Shown: piece by piece, positions 44,332-49,628 of the stretch
Layout: each line of letters opens with the position of its first letter
How positions within the stretch are numbered: position 1 is the stretch's first letter
Sequence record: NC_041874.1
Length of the DNA stretch: 49,628 bases
Direction: 5' to 3' (one strand)
Source of the DNA: Escherichia phage JMPW1
Position numbers and translations under genes: made by a program
The notes under the pieces: generated by a model
Told to the model about the DNA's origin: nothing
What the model saw: only the letters and a program-made list of their open reading frames with translations
Database searches by the model: none

Positions 44332-45900
44332 TTAACCCATCAGTCGAGGGTTGATGAAAACAATATCATCAATCCGGCAAGTGTAGTTCATCTCTTCGAG
44401 CGTGATCAGCAGGCTGTCGATTCGCTCAGATACTTTCTGTTGACCGTTGAACGGCGTAACGTTCCGGCACTTTGCAACGATGCTATGAATAGGTGCGCGG
44501 CCTTTGTTCTTCTTCGCGATCTCAGTGATAACATCAATCAGCTTACGAGATTCAGCCTCATCACCTGCATACCCGGCAGCGCTGGCAGATGACAGGTAAG
44601 TCCTGGAAAGCTCATTGAAGATCATGATCGCTTCCTGCATTGTTTCAAGGTCAATCTCACGATTAGATCGGTTCGGTGATTCACCCTCCCAATTCTTGAT
44701 CGTGTGAAGAACTGAAGCAATGCGCAAAGCGTGCTTATCGAACTTACCGAGATGACCGCGTAGCATTGAGTGAGAGTATTTGCCCCCGGCGGCGAAATCA
44801 GGCTCCATCGCCTGGCGAGCAAGGTTTAATTCACGCATAGCGTTACGGCTTACAGAGAGAACGACGTTGTCCTCCTTCATAATGTTGTGCACGAGTCTGT
44901 AATATTTGCTAACCAGTCCGCGATCTACTTCCTTATACAGCGCATCACCATTTTCATCGCAAAGAATACGAGTACCTAAAAGCGGTTCCTCTCGAACCAG
45001 GAGGAAACGCTCAGATACACCGATACCGCGCTGGCCTGCGTCCATGATACCCTTGATTGTTTCATCCTGCGCAATGACGCAGATCGAACCGACCGGGCAA
45101 AGAGATAAGTTGTTGTCCTGATTTGAACGCGCGACCTCCATATGGTTTTTATCCCACGCCTTAAGAATAAGCTCGCTGTTTGATTTCTTATCAGAACCGC
45201 CATAAGTCAGACCAAGCAATGTATTGATTGCCGTTGCTTCATCAGATATTACGGAAAAGTGGCCTTGAACAGCCGCAACTTTCGCAAGACCTTCAGGTGT
45301 AGGATCTGATACCGCGAAAACAATATCAGCCATCTTCTTGATCTTTTCTTCCAGTTTTTCCTTGTCTTCGTACAGAGCCGCCGTCGTGTTACCCTTTGGA
45401 TCGTTTTTTATTTCTTTCTCGACCTGACGTAGCTGACTGGTTAAACGTATGCGCTCCTTTTTGCGCTCTTCATTCAGTCGCTGAATCTCCGCACGCATAG
45501 GTGTAATCGCCGCTGAGTTAATAGCGGACTTACCTGTTGATGGTGGCTGGCTGATTACCATGTAAAGCGCGGTCGGCTGTTCTTCGCCGTGATATTGCAC
45601 CCAAAACTTCCCGAGCATAGCGGCTGAGATGCACCCAATGAAATGAGCGTACGCAGACGAAACAGGGAACTGTACAGACTCAGCCTTTGCCTTTGCATAT
45701 TCGAATACCAGGTTATCGCCACCTAACGAAATCAGCGGGAACTTATCGTTTCCACTGTTGATATCGATCGGATCTTGCCAAAACGAAACTGAATCCCCAT
45801 AGCTGTTTTCACGAATTGCGATCGACACCGGATTAACTCCAGTGCTATTTGCGATCTCAATAATCTGTTGGTAATTCAATTTTGGCTTAATATTAAACAT
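44332..45900 (-). CDS. large hypothetical protein with Walker A-like PPSTGKS motif (about 522 aa)
   Basis: Start moved to ATG 45900 (RBS AAGGAG); ORF-track start 45963 lies inside the box. Confidence 0.5.
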   Translation of the reverse strand: MFNIKPKLNYQQIIEIANSTGVNPVSIAIRENSYGDSVSFWQDPIDINSGNDKFPLISLGGDNLVFEYAKAKAESVQFPVSSAYAHFIGCISAAMLGKFWVQYHGEEQPTALYMVISQPPSTGKSAINSAAITPMRAEIQRLNEERKKERIRLTSQLRQVEKEIKNDPKGNTTAALYEDKEKLEEKIKKMADIVFAVSDPTPEGLAKVAAVQGHFSVISDEATAINTLLGLTYGGSDKKSNSELILKAWDKNHMEVARSNQDNNLSLCPVGSICVIAQDETIKGIMDAGQRGIGVSERFLLVREEPLLGTRILCDENGDALYKEVDRGLVSKYYRLVHNIMKEDNVVLSVSRNAMRELNLARQAMEPDFAAGGKYSHSMLRGHLGKFDKHALRIASVLHTIKNWEGESPNRSNREIDLETMQEAIMIFNELSRTYLSSASAAGYAGDEAESRKLIDVITEIAKKNKGRAPIHSIVAKCRNVTPFNGQQKVSERIDSLLITLEEMNYTCRIDDIVFINPRLMG

Positions 45901-45920
45901 CACAATAAACTCCTTAGTTG

Positions 45921-45974
45921 ACGGTGTGAATGATACACCGCCAATGGTACACGCGTTTTGCAAAAAGTGCTATT
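45921..45974 (-). promoter_or_regulatory. Promoter cassette, minus strand: box + IR CGGTGT/ACACCG
   Basis: Minus-strand box ATAGCACTTTTTGCAAAA (plus 45957-45974); hairpin plus 45921-45945. Confidence 0.5.
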
Positions 45975-45976
45975 GG

Positions 45977-46393
45977 TTATAAGTATTTGGCCTCAAAGGT
46001 TGTGCCATCTGCGATACTAAAACCGATCTCTTCGCGAAATAATGTCCAACGGCATCCGTCCTCATCAAAGATGTAACCAGCTACGCCGCCGAGAGCGCGA
46101 CCGCTTTCTACCTGGTAACGCTTTCCAACTTTGAATGATTTTTTCATCGGGTTGCGATGGTCAAGTCCGGTGCACTTTAGCGTCTTTGTTTTCAACTCGG
46201 TGAATTTCGCGAAGAAGATTTCATCAGTTCCGTGAATCTGTAATTCATCATGCTTTTCAAGTTTTAAATACTTCCCGCATTTTAGTTTTACTTCGCGAGT
46301 ACCATCATAGCGCTCACGACCTTTATACAAATTGTTTACTTCGAATCCTGTGATCTTGTCTGCGGAAGTGCATTTCAGTTTGATGGATTTCAT
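45977..46393 (-). CDS. paralog-family protein, two tandem small domains (138 aa)
   Basis: Repeats containing KCT...F.VG.RY and DEDGC; RBS CCAATCAGGAG. Confidence 0.5.
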   Translation of the reverse strand: MKSIKLKCTSADKITGFEVNNLYKGRERYDGTREVKLKCGKYLKLEKHDELQIHGTDEIFFAKFTELKTKTLKCTGLDHRNPMKKSFKVGKRYQVESGRALGGVAGYIFDEDGCRWTLFREEIGFSIADGTTFEAKYL

Positions 46394-46409
46394 GGCGCTA
46401 GCTCCTGAT

Positions 46410-46473
46410 TGGTTATCTTGAATAAGGCCACTTTATCAAATGACCTTACGGCAATATTAACAAATCGTGCTAT
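46410..46473 (-). promoter_or_regulatory. Promoter cassette, minus strand: box + IR
   Basis: Minus-strand ATAGCACGATTTGTTAA (plus 46455-46473); IR AAGGTCA/TGGCCTT. Confidence 0.5.
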
Positions 46474-46686
46474 TTACCAGGGAATATAATTGTCGTCGTC
46501 CTCATCAATATCATCACCAGGTAACTCGAAGTCTGGATTATATTCGCTTTCTGCGTCCATATCCATATTCCCTAGAGCGTCATCAAGCGTAATTTCTTTA
46601 TACGCAACCTTTATACACCATTCCGCACTAAGCCCAGCATCAAGAGCGGCAAAATAACGAGTCCAGAAATTATCCTGCTCCATCAA
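46474..46686 (-). CDS. small acidic protein with SSB-tail-like C-terminus (70 aa)
   Basis: C-terminus DIDEDDDNYIPW resembles SSB acidic tip (DDDIPF). Confidence 0.45.
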   Translation of the reverse strand: MMEQDNFWTRYFAALDAGLSAEWCIKVAYKEITLDDALGNMDMDAESEYNPDFELPGDDIDEDDDNYIPW

Positions 46687-46911
46687 TCAACCCCATGAAT
46701 TAATGTAAATTGAGTTAGCCTCAAGCGTAGCGCGCACATCCGCATCTGTTGCATTTACTAAGCGCGAGCCTGGCGTGCTGCCGATAACGTTATTACCGTT
46801 ACGAGCCTTAGTTACCGTCATTGAAATAAAACCGGAAGACTTATCCATTTTGATAACTACACGGCCTTTAGCGTTCAGGTGCGTGATGATATTCTCAACT
46901 TTAATGCTCAT
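46687..46911 (-). CDS. hypothetical protein (74 aa)
   Basis: ORF downstream of minus-strand box. Confidence 0.45.
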   Translation of the reverse strand: MSIKVENIITHLNAKGRVVIKMDKSSGFISMTVTKARNGNNVIGSTPGSRLVNATDADVRATLEANSIYINSWG

Positions 46912-46972
46912 TTTTAATTCCTTTGTTTCGTTTGGTGTGGGAGTAATATACCTTACCCCCTATTGTATGTCT

Positions 46973-46990
46973 TTAGCAATTCGTGCTATC
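46973..46990 (-). promoter_or_regulatory. Box, minus orientation
   Basis: Plus-strand TTTAGCAATTCGTGCTAT is reverse complement of ATAGCACGAATTGCTAAA. Confidence 0.5.
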
Positions 46991-47128
46991 AGTACTCAGA
47001 AATTACTTTGCACTCTTTGATTGTTCCACCCAAAACTACTTTCTGCATCATTGCTTTTTGTTGGCTATCGTAAACGCGAACATTTTTTACTCTGTTAAAT
47101 TTGCCAGTATAGAAGGTGTGAATATAAA

Positions 47129-47452
47129 TCATTTTTTACCGTCCCACGTTTGATATGCCGTAACCAGGTTAATGCTGTGGTCGAACTCGTCAACGCTAAG
47201 CGATCCGATTCTAACAAGCTCTTTGTCGTGCTTAATATCAATCATCCGGCTATATGGATGGCCTGGCACATACTTGAACAGTCGTTTGCTGTCGGCAATG
47301 TCTGCGTTGATTCCGTAGAATCGGCCTACCGCCGCCTTAACGCGCTCCATGATGTTTTTTTCGTGGATTGCCGCCGCGTTATTTAGTGCCGCAACCGTGC
47401 TTCCGTTAATCTTCGGTGACTTCGTTGTGATTTTGTAAGTGTGGTTCATCAT
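47129..47452 (-). CDS. hypothetical protein (107 aa)
   Basis: Start trimmed to ATG 47452 after RBS AGGGGGA. Confidence 0.45.
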   Translation of the reverse strand: MMNHTYKITTKSPKINGSTVAALNNAAAIHEKNIMERVKAAVGRFYGINADIADSKRLFKYVPGHPYSRMIDIKHDKELVRIGSLSVDEFDHSINLVTAYQTWDGKK

Positions 47453-47465
47453 TCCCCCTAACCAG

Positions 47466-47666
47466 TCAGGATAGCTTTCGCGCTTCATCAATGATAACAG
47501 GCTCAAGGCGTTCAAGTCGAACGCGGAACGAGTTCATAAATCCTTCGTTGTTCTTCAGTAGTTCGAATGCGTCTGTAGCTTCAATGGCGCTATTCCCCAT
47601 GTAGGCAATTACTTTTTTCTGAGTCTTACGTGAGATCGCCACTACGCGGTAAATATTATCACTCAT
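47466..47666 (-). CDS. hypothetical protein (66 aa)
   Basis: Start trimmed to ATG downstream of upstream gene stop. Confidence 0.4.
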   Translation of the reverse strand: MSDNIYRVVAISRKTQKKVIAYMGNSAIEATDAFELLKNNEGFMNSFRVRLERLEPVIIDEARKLS

Positions 47667-48030
47667 ACAATGCCTCTTTAACACGATCCGCTACACATGA
47701 GTTAACGGTGATTGAATAGTTAGCCACGCCCCATAATGCAATATTGCCAAGCTCGGTACGCATTGATGGATTGTTTAGCTGAATGATTGTCTCGCCAGTA
47801 TCTTTATCGACGAAGCGAGACACGCCAGAATGGTCCACCACGCGCGTTACTCGGTTCACGCACTCCATTGCATCACTTACACCATAATAGGCGGTTAGGG
47901 CGGCTCTCACGGCCTTCTCTTGCTTGTTGTAAATCTTGCGAGCGATGTTCTCGATCGCTACGCTTTCTTTCTCGTCAGTCTGGATTGCCGTGCTGGCTGA
48001 GAAGTCCAGATCTGTGAACTGCTTAAACAT
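47659..48030 (-). CDS. hypothetical protein (123 aa)
   Basis: Start ATG 48030 after RBS GAGGAAATAATC. Confidence 0.45.
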   Translation of the reverse strand: MFKQFTDLDFSASTAIQTDEKESVAIENIARKIYNKQEKAVRAALTAYYGVSDAMECVNRVTRVVDHSGVSRFVDKDTGETIIQLNNPSMRTELGNIALWGVANYSITVNSCVADRVKEALYE

Positions 48031-48055
48031 GATTATTTCCTCGTTTGCTGCTGAT

Positions 48056-48105
48056 GGGATGACTATACCAGCCATCCCGGATGCGCGTTTAGCAAAAAGT
48101 GCTAT
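48056..48105 (-). promoter_or_regulatory. Promoter cassette, minus strand: box + IR GGGATG/CATCCC enclosing extended -10 TGGTATAGT
   Basis: Plus-strand TTAGCAAAAAGTGCTAT 48089-48105; hairpin 48056-48078. Confidence 0.6.
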
Positions 48106-48291
48106 TTAGAATTTTACTTCCTCAACAAGCTCAACCATTTTATAACCCAGGCGATATGAGTCGCCGAACAACAACAGACCCATAAATTCATCGTTGGTTA
48201 TCGACTCCTTACCAACAGTTTTAAGTTCTCCGTTGTGAATCACAGTATCGCCGATCTTGATTTCTGATTTATGCACTAATTTCGTTTTCAT
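48106..48291 (-). CDS. small protein (61 aa), distant paralog-family member
   Basis: ORF; weak similarity to small beta-rich family. Confidence 0.4.
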   Translation of the reverse strand: MKTKLVHKSEIKIGDTVIHNGELKTVGKESITNDEFMGLLLFGDSYRLGYKMVELVEEVKF

Positions 48292-48306
48292 TTGTTAGCC
48301 TGTTAA

Positions 48307-48492
48307 TTAAAAGAACGCTACATAGTTTGCAATACCTTTTGCATCGTCGTTAGGCATCGCCTTGACAGCCAGGTCATAACCAGCCTCTACCTTCTGCTTT
48401 GCTGATTCTTCGTTGTATCCCCAAATAACCAGGATTTTAACTACGTTTTCTTTGTTCAGAACTTTAAGGTATTTAGTGATGCGACGTGCCAT
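48307..48492 (-). CDS. hypothetical small basic protein (61 aa)
   Basis: Start trimmed to ATG after RBS GAGGAAAAACAAA. Confidence 0.4.
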   Translation of the reverse strand: MARRITKYLKVLNKENVVKILVIWGYNEESAKQKVEAGYDLAVKAMPNDDAKGIANYVAFF

Positions 48493-48509
48493 TTTGTTTT
48501 TCCTCAATC

Positions 48510-48570
48510 TCGTTTCGATGAGGTAATTATGCCAAATCGCACCGATCGAGTTTTAACAAAAAGTGCTATT
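48510..48570 (-). promoter_or_regulatory. Promoter cassette, minus strand
   Basis: Plus-strand TTAACAAAAAGTGCTAT 48554-48570; minus-strand -10-like CATAAT downstream. Confidence 0.45.
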
Positions 48571-49257
48571 TGCGATCGCTTTGAAAAATCCACGAGGAGA
48601 TAAGGAACGTATCAGCTTCGTTTTGGCAGACTTGCCGCCCAGCTTGTTTTGCTGTGCAGAGTACCCGTCATGCAGGTTTACAGGCTTCCTTTCTGGCATG
48701 ACAAAGTCGTCCGAAGTCCAAAGACAAGTTTTCTTCGGGTAAGCATCGCGCGGCGCAATATACATCGGGAACCAGGGGTGTGCGTCATTCTCAGGAAGAT
48801 AGCCGCCATACTCCCAGGGATTGAAAGTGTGGTCAGCCTTTCGCCAGGCTGATGACAGGACGCTAACCGGATTCTCAATGATGTAAGTCACACCCAGGCT
48901 ATCACCGATGTTCGCGGCAATCCGGGCGGTGGCAACAGCTTTCTCCTGGAATAGCGGATCACGTTTACGCTTGCTGGCAAAGTGTCGAGCACCACTAACG
49001 GCCAGGTCAGTGCACGGCGGGAAGGCCATAATGAAATCCGGCTTGCCATACACACCCGCGATCGCATCACGTTCGAACGTTTCATCAATGAACACGTTCA
49101 CATACTCAATGTTGGGATGCTCTACCCGGGCATTGTACTTTGCATAATCTCCGTGATCGGCTCCGTCAAAGTTGAAGCACATCACTTTATGACCTTGCTT
49201 TGCCAGTTCATGACCAGCCAGGCCCGAGCCGTCGAATAGTGACCAGATTAATTTCAT
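48553..49257 (-). CDS. compact DNA (cytosine-5)-methyltransferase-like protein (234 aa)
   Basis: Motif I-like LFDGSGLAG, PC motif FPPCTD, ENV-like IIENPV in canonical order; short for a C5-MTase. Confidence 0.5.
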   Translation of the reverse strand: MKLIWSLFDGSGLAGHELAKQGHKVMCFNFDGADHGDYAKYNARVEHPNIEYVNVFIDETFERDAIAGVYGKPDFIMAFPPCTDLAVSGARHFASKRKRDPLFQEKAVATARIAANIGDSLGVTYIIENPVSVLSSAWRKADHTFNPWEYGGYLPENDAHPWFPMYIAPRDAYPKKTCLWTSDDFVMPERKPVNLHDGYSAQQNKLGGKSAKTKLIRSLSPRGFFKAIANSTFC

Positions 49258-49466
49258 TTCGTTACCTCCTGGAAAACAGTTTGTCCGCTATTGGTCAGGA
49301 AGCGCCCGATCTTATTCATTGACCGGAACACGCCGATCTGATTCTGATGATTGTCAGTCGCGAAGTAACCGCCATCAATAAGGTAGATTTCATACACTGA
49401 TTGATTCGTGAAGCTGTCAGTGCTGACGCTAACACATCGTACGGTACATTCAAATTCTGGTTCCAT
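49254..49466 (-). CDS. hypothetical protein (70 aa)
   Basis: ORF with CCAATCAGAGGA RBS, first gene of right-hand minus-strand block. Confidence 0.5.
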   Translation of the reverse strand: MEPEFECTVRCVSVSTDSFTNQSVYEIYLIDGGYFATDNHQNQIGVFRSMNKIGRFLTNSGQTVFQEVTK

Positions 49467-49524
49467 TGCCTGAGTCCTCTGATTGGTTGATGTGATGAAT
49501 CATACCCTGCCGACCTGGCTGAGT

Positions 49525-49543
49525 CGTTAGCAAAAAATGCTAT
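49525..49543 (-). promoter_or_regulatory. Box, minus orientation, upstream of right-hand minus-strand block
   Basis: Plus-strand TTAGCAAAAAATGCTAT. Confidence 0.5.
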
Positions 49544-49589
49544 TCCAATAATTGCTCATTATTCCATCAATAGCGGAATAGGTGGAATA
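49541..49589. repeat. Cluster of four GGAATA/TATTCC hexamers near right genome end
   Basis: TATTCC at 49541 and 49560, GGAATA at 49575 and 49584. Confidence 0.5.
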
Positions 49590-49628
49590 ATTCTGATTGC
49601 GATTGATTGCAAATGATGAAACGTGATT

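Noticed and set aside
1-49628. Temperate lifestyle (integrase, repressor, attP) or CRISPR array
   Set aside because: No tyrosine or serine recombinase-sized ORF with recognisable motifs, no CI/Cro-type immunity pair, and no regularly spaced direct repeats.

Overview
The window reads as a complete or near-complete genome of a virulent T1-like siphovirus (Drexlerviridae-type) of an enterobacterial host, about 49.6 kb. No integrase, repressor/immunity module, tRNA, rRNA or CRISPR array was found. Layout: a left early block of small genes on the + strand (525-9322), ended by a strong terminator; a late morphogenesis block on + (9407-30343) with terminase small/large, portal, head proteins, major capsid, tail genes including a -1 frameshifted chaperone pair, tape measure, lambda M/L/K/I-like proteins and a 1139-aa J-like central fibre; a Cor/Llp-like lipoprotein on -; an iteron-bearing AT-rich control region (30593-31116); a recombination module (exonuclease, ERF, SSB); a tail fibre and primase on -; helicase, VRR-NUC, Dam methylase, metallophosphatase and a pinholin/SAR-endolysin/u-spanin lysis cassette on +; and a right block of small genes on - (43920-49466) including a compact C5-methyltransferase-like gene. 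The most striking signal is not a protein: a conserved box (ATAGCAC-N4/5-TTGCTAAAAC, core palindrome TAGCA-N5-TGCTA) occurs about 25 times. At early gene boundaries it is followed by a short inverted repeat of variable sequence that encloses an extended -10 (TGnTATAGT), then a conserved CCAATCAG(A)GGA ribosome-binding motif. The box also supplies the stop codon of the upstream gene. This resembles the mobile promoter-stem-loop cassettes described for T4-type phages and looks like a phage-specific regulon. All functional calls rest on motif recognition and gene order read from the sequence; no database search was possible.
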